From NCBI GenBank assembly GCA_040220235.1, contig JAVJTO010000060.1: a stretch of DNA of 64,000 bases; one strand, written 5' to 3'. This DNA is from Coleofasciculus sp. B1-GNL1-01. GTDB taxonomy: Bacteria > Cyanobacteriota > Cyanobacteriia > Cyanobacteriales > Coleofasciculaceae. Each line of letters begins with the position of its first letter. The stretch's first letter is position 1. The notes beneath the pieces are model-generated. The model made no database searches. It saw only the letters and a list, made by a program, of their open reading frames with translations, and had not been told where the DNA came from. A program made the translations under genes and the position numbers. Positions 19,648 to 29,520 of this stretch are shown here, piece after piece.

Positions 19648-22600
19648 AGTATTCCCTCCTCTCGAACACCAAAAGCAGCAGTTGTAAAACTTTGCTGTTT
19701 TTGGGTTGTCAAACGTATATTTTCAACTTGCTCAGATATACCGGCCACAGTCGGTTTCTCGAACAGGCTGCGTAGGGACAACTCCATCAGGAACGCCTCG
19801 CGCATGCGAGAAATAATTTGAGTGGCTAGTAGAGAATGTCCTCCCAATTCAAAGAAGTTGTCGTGGATTCCTACCTTTTGTACGCCTATAACTGAAGCAA
19901 AGATGTTGGCGATTATTTCTTCACTTGCCGTGCGGGGTGCTACGTATTCATGTTCTCGGCTGATTTCTCCATCTGGTGCTGGCAGTGCTTTTCTGTCTAC
20001 TTTGCCGTTAGGTGTTAGGGGGAGAGTGTCTAAGGTGACAAAGGCAGAAGGCACCATGTATTCGGGTAGCTTTGAAAAGAGGAATTCACGCAGTTGCTTG
20101 CTGGTGAGTGATTCATCTCTAGTAACGATATAGGTAACTAAGCGTTTGTTACCAGCAGTGTCTTCTGTCGCAATGACTACAGCTTGTTGGATTTGGGGGT
20201 GGGTGTTGAGAACGGCTTCAATTTCTCCGAGTTCGATGCGGAAGCCGCGAATCTTTACTTGATGGTCAATGCGACCGAGGAATTCGATATTGCCATCCGG
20301 CAGCCAGCGAGCTAGGTCTCCAGTCCTATACAATCTTTCTTCTTCTGCCTTTTGACTTTTCCCGATTTCCTTCGCAAACGGGTTGGGAATAAACTTTTCC
20401 TGCGTTAACTCAGGCAGATTCAAATACCCTTGTGCTAGTCCATCTCCTCCTACATATAGCTCACCCGTAACACCTGGTGGTAAAAGATTGCCATACTTGT
20501 CCAGTATGTAAATTTGTGTGTTTGAAATCGGTTTTCCAATCGGAATCGTATTTTTCTTCATATAGTCTTCTAGAGCTTCTCCTAAATCTGCTTTTGGATC
20601 GTCCGCCAACTGCAAATGTATCGCTTCTTTCACGATAGCAGTTTCTGTACCACTTGAGTCACTTCTTTGTACGGGAAGATTTTTTATACCATCAAGTTTC
20701 CCTTGACTTCTTGCTTCAATTTGATTGGCGATTCTCAGTTGATCCTCAAGAACACTCTGTAAATCTGTAGCGGTTGTATTCGGATTAGACAAAACAGCCC
20801 GAAATACAATGATTTCTTTGTCTTTACCATAGGCAGTGTCCATCAGAGTGCTCTTAGAGACAAAGGTTAGTCCTTGTTCAAATTGTTCTCTTTGTATCTG
20901 TGTATTGAGTTGATTAATTCTTTGGATGTCATCGTCACTCAAGGAGTTTTGTTGTGATTTCGCTCTTAAATTCTCAGGAATATATCGATAATTAACGATA
21001 TTCAACCCTGGTTCCATGACGAGATCGAATGGTTCCAATAGCTCAATCAGTCTAGAAAAATATTGGGCTTTCTCTATGCCATTGTCAATCAGAATCTCGT
21101 ATCCCCTTTTACCGATAATATGAAGTGCCCCGTGTAAGCATAACGATAGTGCCGAACGTGACCCTTCAATCGTGAATCGTCCCACGTCAAATGTATCTCG
21201 CTGAGCCTGGTAACGGGCTGTGGTCTCGGCAAAGTTTAACATCTGCGGATCTTTAAACAGACAAACACTAATACCCTGAGGTAGGTATAACTGTTTATGC
21301 CCACAAATAGTTATCGAATCAGCTTTGTTGATTCCCTTCAATTTTCCTTTATGCTTCTCGGAAAATATCGTCGCACCACCCCAAGCAGCATCCACATGAA
21401 AATGAATACCGAATTCCTGCGCGATATCGCCCAGTTCAAATAAAGGATCGATTTCACCAGTTTCTGTTGTTCCAGCGATGCCTACAAGCGCCAGAATGTA
21501 TAGCTTATTTCTACTACATTCGCGGATTCTTTCTTTGAGCAAATTTAGGTCTAATTTTCCGTCATCATTACTGTCAATAAAAACAATGTTGTCTGTCCCC
21601 AAACCTAACATTGAAGCTGCCTTATTGAAAGAATAATGCATTAGCCGAGAGCCAATGATAACGATATCGTCATATCCTTTTTTACTCAGAACTTTATAAA
21701 GGCTTTCTTTTGATAAATTGCCGGATTTTTTTGTGTTTAACAATCCCGAATTTCGCGCACACAATAAAGCACTGATGTTTGCCGTTGTACCGCCGGTTGT
21801 TATAATACCCAGGTTTCTATTTTTTTGCTGAATATTTTCCTCGTAAAATTCACCTGAAAAGTTATAAACAAGACGATGCAATATGGCGATCGCTTCCCGT
21901 TCCAAAAACATCAAAGACTTTGATGTCTCGATTTTCACCAAATTTTGGTTCAATCGCGAAATCATCTTGCTCATATCATGCATAAAATCGGGCAAAGCCG
22001 ATGTCATATGCCCGATGAATGTAGGAGAGCCTGTATCGATCGCATATGGAAGCACCTCCTCGGACAATTTATCGTAATAGTCGTCAACGGTTAAAGGATA
22101 TGAGGGCAACTCGCTCCGTTGAAACTTTGTAGCTAGCATTTCTGGACTCACGCCAGGCTTCGTAAACGGTTTCTGGTGAACCCCAAGAACCTGGTTTTCG
22201 GTTGCACCACGAACAACTTCTGGCTTGAAATATTGCAGTATTCGTTGCCGTGTTTCCCAAAAATTGACTTCAAAGCAGGTCACGTCAGCAGCAACTTCTG
22301 AAGAGCCGTAGATATTGAACAATCTGGCAGAACTGAGTTTCTGGTGAAATGCCTCAGCCAACGTTAGTGGTAGGGCTTCACCGCTGCAAAAGACATATTT
22401 GAGATATCGAAGTTGTGTCAGTTGTTGGGGCGCATTGTCCAGCATCGCTTTGAGCAGGGAGGGAACCAGAACAATTCTAGTTATCTTGTTATCGCTCAAC
22501 AGGCTCATTAGCCTGGGAATATCGCCTCGTATATTATCTGGAACAACCACGAGCGGAATCCCTTTGAGAAGGGGAGAAAATATTTCCGCAACATGATCGA

Positions 22601-24788
22601 CAAAATTGATGGACGTTTTCTGACAGCAAATCTCATCTGCCCCAAATGGTAGGGTTTCCCACATCCAATGCAAGCGATTGACGATACCACGATTTTTACC
22701 TAGAACGGCTTTGGGTCTTCCAGTAGAACCGGACGTATAGATTGCGTATGCCAGGTCATCCAGTGTTGCTTGACAATCTAGATTTTCGACGCTTTCTTTA
22801 GCAATGGCATCCCTATCCCTGTCTAGACAGACGATATGGGCGTGTTGAAGGGAAATTTTTTCAGTCAAAGGCTCCTGGGTCAATAGGACATGCACATTGG
22901 CGTCTTCGAGCATGAACACCAGTCGTTCTTGCGGATAATTCGGATCTAACGGCACATATACGCCACCGGCTTTGAGAACACCCAGCAAACTCACTACTAG
23001 ATCAAGAGATGGCTCAATACAGATTCCCACCAGCACTCCCGAACCAACAGAGAGAGACCGTAAATAATGCGCTAGTTGATTGGCTCGTTGGTTCAACTGC
23101 CGATAAGTTAGCTGCTGGTTTTCAAGAACGAGTGCGATCGCATCTGGAGTGCGTTTCACCTGCTCTTCAAATAACTGATGAATACATTTATCTGAGGGAT
23201 ATTCACTCTCGGTATCATTCCACTCGGTCAACAACTGATGGCGTTCTGCTTCACTCAACAGGGGCAATTGGTCAACTCGCTGTTGTGGATTAGCCGCGAT
23301 CGCTTCGAGCAAGGTTTGCAAGTACCCACTCATCCGGCTTATTGTGGCAGCATCAAACAAATCGGTGTTGTATTCCCAGAAACCCTCTAGCCCCGAATCC
23401 GTTTCTGTAATATCCAAGCGCAAATCCAACAAAGCCCTGGTGCGTTTAACCTTAACAGGTGTTAAGGTCAGCCAAGGCAGTTCACATTTCACTTTTGGAG
23501 TATTTTGTAAGACAAACGACACCTGGAACAGCGGATTGTAGTTGGCATTCCGTTCTGGCTGTAGTTCCTCCACCAGCTTTTCAAAGGGCAAATCCTGGTG
23601 ATCATAAGCTTCCATCGTCACCTGCCGCACTCGACCTAAGAGTTCCTCAAAGGTCGGGTTGCCTGAAAAATCGGTACGTAGTACTAGGGTGTTGAGGAAA
23701 AAGCCAATGAGTCCTTCAATTTCAGCTCGGTTACGGTTAGCGATAGGTGAACCAACGATGATATCTTCTTGCCCACTGTAGCGGTAGAGCAAGATTTTGA
23801 AGACTGCCAGCAGGGTCATGAACAGGGTAGCCTCGGCTTTTTTGCCAACAGTCTTAAGGGTCTCAGTCAAACTCTTGGGCAACCGAAATGATTCCTTTTC
23901 CCCCCGATAAGTCTGAACTGGTGGTCGGGGTCGGTCTGTTGGCAGTGGCAGCAGGGGTGGAGCTTTTTCCAGTTGCTGCTTCCAGTAAGAGAGTTGGGAG
24001 TGTAGTTTTTCTCCCTGCAACTGTTGTCGCTGCCAGACGGCGAAGTCGGCATATTGAATTGGCAGTTTAGGCAACGGCGAAGGTTTTCCGGTAGAAAAGG
24101 CTTGGTAAAGGGCTGACAATTCACGAATGATTATGCCCAATGACCAGCCATCAAAGACAATGTGGTGGATATTGAATAGCAGCACATGTTCCTGTTCGCT
24201 TAGCTGTACCAGCATCCAGCGCAGCAGAGGACCTTGAAGCAAGTCGAAGGGACGTTGACTTTGCTCAGTCGCGAGGCCCTGGACTTCCATTTTCTGCACC
24301 GCTTTTGGCAACTGGCGCAGATCTACCACGGGCAGTGTCAAGGTCAGGTTTGGGGCAATGATTTGAACGGGTTGCGCCTCCACCATCTTGAAAGTGGTGC
24401 GCAGAGCTTCGTGGCGTTGCACCATCTCGTTGAGACTCTGCTCCAATGACGCCACGTCAAGCAAACCTGTTAGCTGTATTGCTACGTGTTCATTGTAAAA
24501 AGGGTTGCCGGGTTCCAACTGTTGGAGAAACCATAGCCGCTGCTGGGCAAAGGATAAAGATAGATTTCTCTCTCTCGAAACAGGTTGAATAGCCTGAGAC
24601 GTACTGTTTGAGGCAAGATTAGCCTGGTTGAGAAATGCAATAATTTCGGCTTTGCGTTCAGAGATCTGAGCGATTAGATCTGGTGTTAGTGCTTCTTCAG
24701 GGGCATTACAACGCAAGTGATCGCTTTCAACCCAAAGCTTTACATCCAGACTATAAAGGTAAGATAAAAATTTATAAATCGTCGTCAT
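19644..24788 (-). CDS. NRPS: docking-C-A(beta-Ala-type, with inserted group II PLP decarboxylase)-T
   Basis: HHIVFDGW; code VDAVFSIADK; insert with FIGHMTSALP, NQNLVKIETSK, HVDAAWGG, CGHK; GGHSL. Start placed at ATG 24788 (MTTIYKFL) by similarity to the N-terminus at 9216. Confidence 0.92.
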   Translation of the reverse strand: MTTIYKFLSYLYSLDVKLWVESDHLRCNAPEEALTPDLIAQISERKAEIIAFLNQANLASNSTSQAIQPVSRERNLSLSFAQQRLWFLQQLEPGNPFYNEHVAIQLTGLLDVASLEQSLNEMVQRHEALRTTFKMVEAQPVQIIAPNLTLTLPVVDLRQLPKAVQKMEVQGLATEQSQRPFDLLQGPLLRWMLVQLSEQEHVLLFNIHHIVFDGWSLGIIIRELSALYQAFSTGKPSPLPKLPIQYADFAVWQRQQLQGEKLHSQLSYWKQQLEKAPPLLPLPTDRPRPPVQTYRGEKESFRLPKSLTETLKTVGKKAEATLFMTLLAVFKILLYRYSGQEDIIVGSPIANRNRAEIEGLIGFFLNTLVLRTDFSGNPTFEELLGRVRQVTMEAYDHQDLPFEKLVEELQPERNANYNPLFQVSFVLQNTPKVKCELPWLTLTPVKVKRTRALLDLRLDITETDSGLEGFWEYNTDLFDAATISRMSGYLQTLLEAIAANPQQRVDQLPLLSEAERHQLLTEWNDTESEYPSDKCIHQLFEEQVKRTPDAIALVLENQQLTYRQLNQRANQLAHYLRSLSVGSGVLVGICIEPSLDLVVSLLGVLKAGGVYVPLDPNYPQERLVFMLEDANVHVLLTQEPLTEKISLQHAHIVCLDRDRDAIAKESVENLDCQATLDDLAYAIYTSGSTGRPKAVLGKNRGIVNRLHWMWETLPFGADEICCQKTSINFVDHVAEIFSPLLKGIPLVVVPDNIRGDIPRLMSLLSDNKITRIVLVPSLLKAMLDNAPQQLTQLRYLKYVFCSGEALPLTLAEAFHQKLSSARLFNIYGSSEVAADVTCFEVNFWETRQRILQYFKPEVVRGATENQVLGVHQKPFTKPGVSPEMLATKFQRSELPSYPLTVDDYYDKLSEEVLPYAIDTGSPTFIGHMTSALPDFMHDMSKMISRLNQNLVKIETSKSLMFLEREAIAILHRLVYNFSGEFYEENIQQKNRNLGIITTGGTTANISALLCARNSGLLNTKKSGNLSKESLYKVLSKKGYDDIVIIGSRLMHYSFNKAASMLGLGTDNIVFIDSNDDGKLDLNLLKERIRECSRNKLYILALVGIAGTTETGEIDPLFELGDIAQEFGIHFHVDAAWGGATIFSEKHKGKLKGINKADSITICGHKQLYLPQGISVCLFKDPQMLNFAETTARYQAQRDTFDVGRFTIEGSRSALSLCLHGALHIIGKRGYEILIDNGIEKAQYFSRLIELLEPFDLVMEPGLNIVNYRYIPENLRAKSQQNSLSDDDIQRINQLNTQIQREQFEQGLTFVSKSTLMDTAYGKDKEIIVFRAVLSNPNTTATDLQSVLEDQLRIANQIEARSQGKLDGIKNLPVQRSDSSGTETAIVKEAIHLQLADDPKADLGEALEDYMKKNTIPIGKPISNTQIYILDKYGNLLPPGVTGELYVGGDGLAQGYLNLPELTQEKFIPNPFAKEIGKSQKAEEERLYRTGDLARWLPDGNIEFLGRIDHQVKIRGFRIELGEIEAVLNTHPQIQQAVVIATEDTAGNKRLVTYIVTRDESLTSKQLREFLFSKLPEYMVPSAFVTLDTLPLTPNGKVDRKALPAPDGEISREHEYVAPRTASEEIIANIFASVIGVQKVGIHDNFFELGGHSLLATQIISRMREAFLMELSLRSLFEKPTVAGISEQVENIRLTTQKQQSFTTAAFGVREEGIL

Positions 24789-24867
24789 AGCTCTATTTCC
24801 TTTCTTCCTTTCCAAGCTTTACATTCAGGCTATAATCGTAGTCATAGCTCTATTTCCTTTCTTCCTT
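24784..24867. repeat. 27-bp direct repeat duplicating the stop/start junction
   Basis: gtcatagctctatttcctttcttcctt at 24784-24810 and 24841-24867. Confidence 0.9.
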
Positions 24868-27800
24868 CTCCGGCAGCAATGGGAGAGCCTGATGCTTGGG
24901 CGAGAGTCAAACGAATTGCTTCAACGCGCTCAGCTAAACCAGCTACGGTGGTTGGTCTCTCAAAGAAACTATGTAGGGACAGCTCTATTTGAAATTCTTT
25001 ACGCAACTGAGAGATAACTTGAATAGCCATTAGAGAATCTCCCCCCAGTTCAAAGAAGTCATCATGGATACCTACTTGCTCGATCCCAACAGCTTGTCGC
25101 CAGGTATTCGCAATAGTTTGTTCGACCTCGTTGCAGGGAGCAACATAGGCATTCCGCAAGTTTGATCTCGAGTGGAGTGATAATGAATCTTTCTTTTTTG
25201 AGTATTCTGTATCTCGTAAAGATTCAAGCTTAAGCCATTGGTCAATCCTCGTGTGCAAGTCTCCAGCCGAGACAACAACTTGAGGGAGTTCAGCCATTGA
25301 TAACACACGCCTAAATGCCTCCACACCTCCCTTTGGGGACATAGCTAATTTAGACAAGGTGGCTCCAATCCCTGCTTCTTGCTTTTCTTCTTCCCTAAGC
25401 CCCCAGTTATCCCAGTTCACGCTAATCCAGGGACAAGAGTCTGCCTGGTCGTGCTTGAAAGCAAAGGCATCCATAAAGATGTTCGCTGCGGAATAGGAAA
25501 CGAATCCTAAGCCTCCCAAAATAGATGCTAAAGAGGATGTTAATAGAACAAAATCAAGATTTCTTCCTTGCAAAACTTTTTCCAAGACAAATAGTCCATA
25601 CACTTTGGGCTGAAATTGCAAATGACTATCGGTTTGAGAAGTTTCTTGAATAGCACAATGTGTATTTTCGAGATTCCCAGCAGCGTGGATGACACCATGA
25701 ATTTCACCAAAGCGCTCATATGTGTGGGAAATTGCTGTCTGCATTTGTTGCTCGCTTGTCACATCGGCACTAATGACCAGAACCTCGACTCCTAGCTCCT
25801 CGATTGTCCGCACTTTCTGTATCTTTTGGCTGACTTTATCCTGCCGATCGTGAGTCGCTAGCCATTGCTCCCACTGGGAGCGCTCAGGCAGCCCCTTTCG
25901 TCCGATTAGGATCAACTTAGCCCGTACTGTCTTCGCTAGATATTCTGCCAATACCAAACCGATGCCACCCAGTCCACCAGTGATTAGGTAGACTCCTCCT
26001 TCCCTCAAACGTGTTCTGCTTGTACTGCTATCATTTAAACGGACAGCTTCAAAGGTCTGAACCCAACGATGATTACCACGGTAGGCAACTACTAAATCAC
26101 TTGGCTGTACGGTAAATTCCCTTATTAAGTGGTCTATCAGTTTCTGTGCTTGCTTTGTCCCAGATTCAGGAATCACTACATCAAAGCTACAGCATGTTAT
26201 GTTTGGATATTCCTGTGGAATTACCTTGCACGGACCTAACACAGTCGCTTTCTCTGGAAATAACTTCTCGTCGCCAGTCACTTCATGTACATTGCTGGTT
26301 ACGACCATGAGTTGAAGAGGCTCAGTAACCTTCTGTTCTCCTAGTGCTTGTGCCAGAAAGAGCAGACTGTAGAAACCGAGATTTTGACAATCTTCAAAGA
26401 ACTGATGTGGTGATTGTGTCTGTTCGCCTAGCTTGTTGCTAGGAAAAGTATTGCTGGCTGTGATACTCCAAAAATGCGCAATCCCTTGTGGGGTTAAATC
26501 CCGACTCTGAAGTTCTTGAACCAGGGCATCATAGTCATCCCGTTGTTGGGGATTAATTGTGTATGCGTACTCACTGAGTTTGCTAAACTGATCTCCCACT
26601 CTCACAGTGATGACATCATGGTTCTGCTGTTCCAGCCGTTTTGCTATTTCTGAGCCGACTCCATAGGCATCGACAAAGACTAGCCAGCATGACTTTAACT
26701 CTACCAGCTCTCTTTCTTGGTAGAAGTCAAGAAGCATAGATTGTTTCCAAACTGGCATGTAGAACCAGTCGGCAATATTTGGTTTCTTGTGTAACGGATC
26801 TTGACGCGCCGTTGCTAGGAAGGTTGACTGGTTTGGTTCAATCCAGTAACGCTGACGCTCAAAGGGATAGGTAGGTAAGGGAATATGATGACGTCGTTCA
26901 TAGGCATAAAAACCTGACCAATCGACTTTGACACCTGCTAACCAGAGACGACCTAAGCTATTCAGTAAAAAGGCGATATCTGACTGTTGCTCCTGGGGAT
27001 GGCGTAGCGAGGTTAGCACCCCGTTATTATTGATCTGATGCTGCTTGGCAAACGTACTCAACGTCCGTCCAGGACCAACTTCCAGCAAAACTCGCTCAGG
27101 TGTTTTGAGCAACTCAGTCACTCCTGCACTGAAACGCACAGGTTGTCGTAGATGTCTTGCCCAGTAATTCGGATCTGTTGCTTCTGATGGGGTAATCCAA
27201 GTTCCAGTGAGATTCGAGACAAAAGGAATTTGGGGAGGATTGAAGGTGATTTGATGTAATAACTCTGTAAATGGCTCAATCATTGGCTCCATCATCGGAG
27301 AATGAAAAGCATGAGAGGTATGAAGCCTTCGACAGGGTATGCTTTTTTCTTGTAAGGTCTGTTGCAATTGTGCGATCGCCTCTGCTGAACCAGACACCAC
27401 AGATGAAGTAGGGCTATTGCTTCCTGCCAGCGCCAGGTCTTCTCCCAGTAACGGTTGCACTTCTGGTTCTGGTAGTTGAACGGACAGCATCGCGCCAGAG
27501 GGCAGTTGCTGCATCAATCGTCCTCTAGTTGCTACTATTGCTAAGGCATCTTCTAGGGAGAAAACTCCCGCTAGACACGCTGCTACATATTCCCCAATGC
27601 TGTGACCGATCATCACTTCGGGATACACACCCCACGCCATCCATAACTTAGCTAGCGCATACTCAATTACAAACAACGCAGGTTGGGTAATGTGAGTTTG
27701 TTGAAGTTGTTGTGTCGCCTCTTGCTCCTGGGTTGTACTGGGGTAGAGTAAATGACGCAAATCTAGCCCGAGGTGAGGTTTGATCCGTTCACAGCAGTCA

Positions 27801-29488
27801 TCAACGTGTTCAGTAAAAATTGGCTCATGCTGGTAGAGTTCCAGTGCCATATTGACGTACTGCGAACCCTGCCCGGAAAACATAAACACCACGGGGCGAT
27901 TACCGGCTTCTTGGTAGTGGGTGAAAACTCGTTGCGAATCTAGATTTGTCAGCGCCTGCACTGCATCATCCAGAGTTTGACACACTAACATCCGGCGATG
28001 CTCGAAATCTCGGCGACCAACCTGAAGTGTATGAGCAACATCGGCAAGATTCAAATCGGGATGTTGCTGGAGGCAATTCGCCAAATTCACTGTGGCGGTT
28101 TCCAGTGCCGTACTTGTCTTGGTCGAGAGCAACAACAACTGCCAGGGACGAGAAGGACTAGAGGGTTCAATTGCCGGAGCTTCTTCGAGAATCAGATGGG
28201 CATTAGTGCCACCAAAACCGAAGGAACTAACTCCAGCGCGACGAGGGATGTCGTTGTTTTTCCATTCAGACAGCGTTGTGTTGACGTAAAAAGGACTATT
28301 TGCAAAATCTATCTTGGGATTGGGTTCCTCAAAATGCAAACTGGGTGGTATTTGCTGATGCTTGAGTGCTAGAACAGTCTTGATAAGACCTCCCACTCCA
28401 GCGGCATTATCTAAATGCCCTACATTTGTTTTAAGCGAACCGATGGCACAGAAGCCACACTTCTGCGTACTGGTGTGAAAAGCTTTTGTGAGCGCTGCGA
28501 TTTCAATAGGGTCTCCTAGGGATGTTCCTGTACCGTGGGTCTCGATGTAGGTAATTGTTTCAGGTTCAACTTCAGCCATAACTTGAGCTGATCTAATCAC
28601 CTTCACTTGACCATTTATGCTGGGTGCAGTGTAGCTAACTTTGGAAGACCCATCGTTATTGATCGCCGAACCTTTGATCACAGCATGGATACAGTCTCCA
28701 TCTGCTATTGCCTCCTCTAACCGCTTCAACACCACAAGACCTATCCCCTTGCCTATCCCAGTTCCCTCTGCTTTGGCATCAAAGGCACGGCAACGTCCGT
28801 CAGGAGAATAAATTCCTCCCTTTTGATACAAATAACCAGCATATTTTGATATTGAAACGCCACCGGCCAAAGCCATATCACATTCGCCACTCAGCAGACT
28901 TTGGCATGCCAAATGAACAGCGACCAACGAAGTTGAGCAGGTAGTTTGAACTGCATAACTTGGTCCATCCAGGTTTAATTTGTAAGATACTCGTGTGGTT
29001 ACAAAGTCTGGATTATTAGCAATAGAAACTTGTAAATGACTTACGTTGTTAATAATTTCCGGATTTGAATAAATATTAAATAAGTAACTATTTACGCTTA
29101 GACCTCCGAAAACCCCAATCGACTTCTTATAAGTTTCTGAATTGTAGCCAGCGCTTTCAAGAGCCTCCCAAGCAGACTCTAAGAAAATACGGTGTTGGGG
29201 ATCCATGATTTCAGCTTCTCTGGGAGTAAATCCAAAGAATGACGCATCAAACAAATCTACATTTTTGACTACGCCACCTGCCTTAACATAATTAGGATCG
29301 CTGACTAACTTAGGATCTATAACTAAATCCTTTAATTGCTGGTCAGTCAAAGAAGAAATCGATTCTACGCCGCCTCGGAGATTTTGCCAAAATTCATCAA
29401 GGTTTTTAGCTCCAGGAAAACGACCAACCATGCCAATTATGGCTATTTCTAAACCCGTGGTCTTACTGGATTTTTTGGGATTAATCAT
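24842..29488 (-). CDS. cis-AT PKS module KS-AT(malonyl)-KR-ACP
   Basis: QTTCSTS, HGTGT, GHSIG/HAFH, GGLGGIG, PKV..YSAAN, GGDSL; tail GRKEIEL. Confidence 0.94.
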   Translation of the reverse strand: MINPKKSSKTTGLEIAIIGMVGRFPGAKNLDEFWQNLRGGVESISSLTDQQLKDLVIDPKLVSDPNYVKAGGVVKNVDLFDASFFGFTPREAEIMDPQHRIFLESAWEALESAGYNSETYKKSIGVFGGLSVNSYLFNIYSNPEIINNVSHLQVSIANNPDFVTTRVSYKLNLDGPSYAVQTTCSTSLVAVHLACQSLLSGECDMALAGGVSISKYAGYLYQKGGIYSPDGRCRAFDAKAEGTGIGKGIGLVVLKRLEEAIADGDCIHAVIKGSAINNDGSSKVSYTAPSINGQVKVIRSAQVMAEVEPETITYIETHGTGTSLGDPIEIAALTKAFHTSTQKCGFCAIGSLKTNVGHLDNAAGVGGLIKTVLALKHQQIPPSLHFEEPNPKIDFANSPFYVNTTLSEWKNNDIPRRAGVSSFGFGGTNAHLILEEAPAIEPSSPSRPWQLLLLSTKTSTALETATVNLANCLQQHPDLNLADVAHTLQVGRRDFEHRRMLVCQTLDDAVQALTNLDSQRVFTHYQEAGNRPVVFMFSGQGSQYVNMALELYQHEPIFTEHVDDCCERIKPHLGLDLRHLLYPSTTQEQEATQQLQQTHITQPALFVIEYALAKLWMAWGVYPEVMIGHSIGEYVAACLAGVFSLEDALAIVATRGRLMQQLPSGAMLSVQLPEPEVQPLLGEDLALAGSNSPTSSVVSGSAEAIAQLQQTLQEKSIPCRRLHTSHAFHSPMMEPMIEPFTELLHQITFNPPQIPFVSNLTGTWITPSEATDPNYWARHLRQPVRFSAGVTELLKTPERVLLEVGPGRTLSTFAKQHQINNNGVLTSLRHPQEQQSDIAFLLNSLGRLWLAGVKVDWSGFYAYERRHHIPLPTYPFERQRYWIEPNQSTFLATARQDPLHKKPNIADWFYMPVWKQSMLLDFYQERELVELKSCWLVFVDAYGVGSEIAKRLEQQNHDVITVRVGDQFSKLSEYAYTINPQQRDDYDALVQELQSRDLTPQGIAHFWSITASNTFPSNKLGEQTQSPHQFFEDCQNLGFYSLLFLAQALGEQKVTEPLQLMVVTSNVHEVTGDEKLFPEKATVLGPCKVIPQEYPNITCCSFDVVIPESGTKQAQKLIDHLIREFTVQPSDLVVAYRGNHRWVQTFEAVRLNDSSTSRTRLREGGVYLITGGLGGIGLVLAEYLAKTVRAKLILIGRKGLPERSQWEQWLATHDRQDKVSQKIQKVRTIEELGVEVLVISADVTSEQQMQTAISHTYERFGEIHGVIHAAGNLENTHCAIQETSQTDSHLQFQPKVYGLFVLEKVLQGRNLDFVLLTSSLASILGGLGFVSYSAANIFMDAFAFKHDQADSCPWISVNWDNWGLREEEKQEAGIGATLSKLAMSPKGGVEAFRRVLSMAELPQVVVSAGDLHTRIDQWLKLESLRDTEYSKKKDSLSLHSRSNLRNAYVAPCNEVEQTIANTWRQAVGIEQVGIHDDFFELGGDSLMAIQVISQLRKEFQIELSLHSFFERPTTVAGLAERVEAIRLTLAQASGSPIAAGEGRKEIEL

Positions 29489-29520
29489 TGATAAATTACC
29501 TAAAAAAATAGCTAGTTTAA

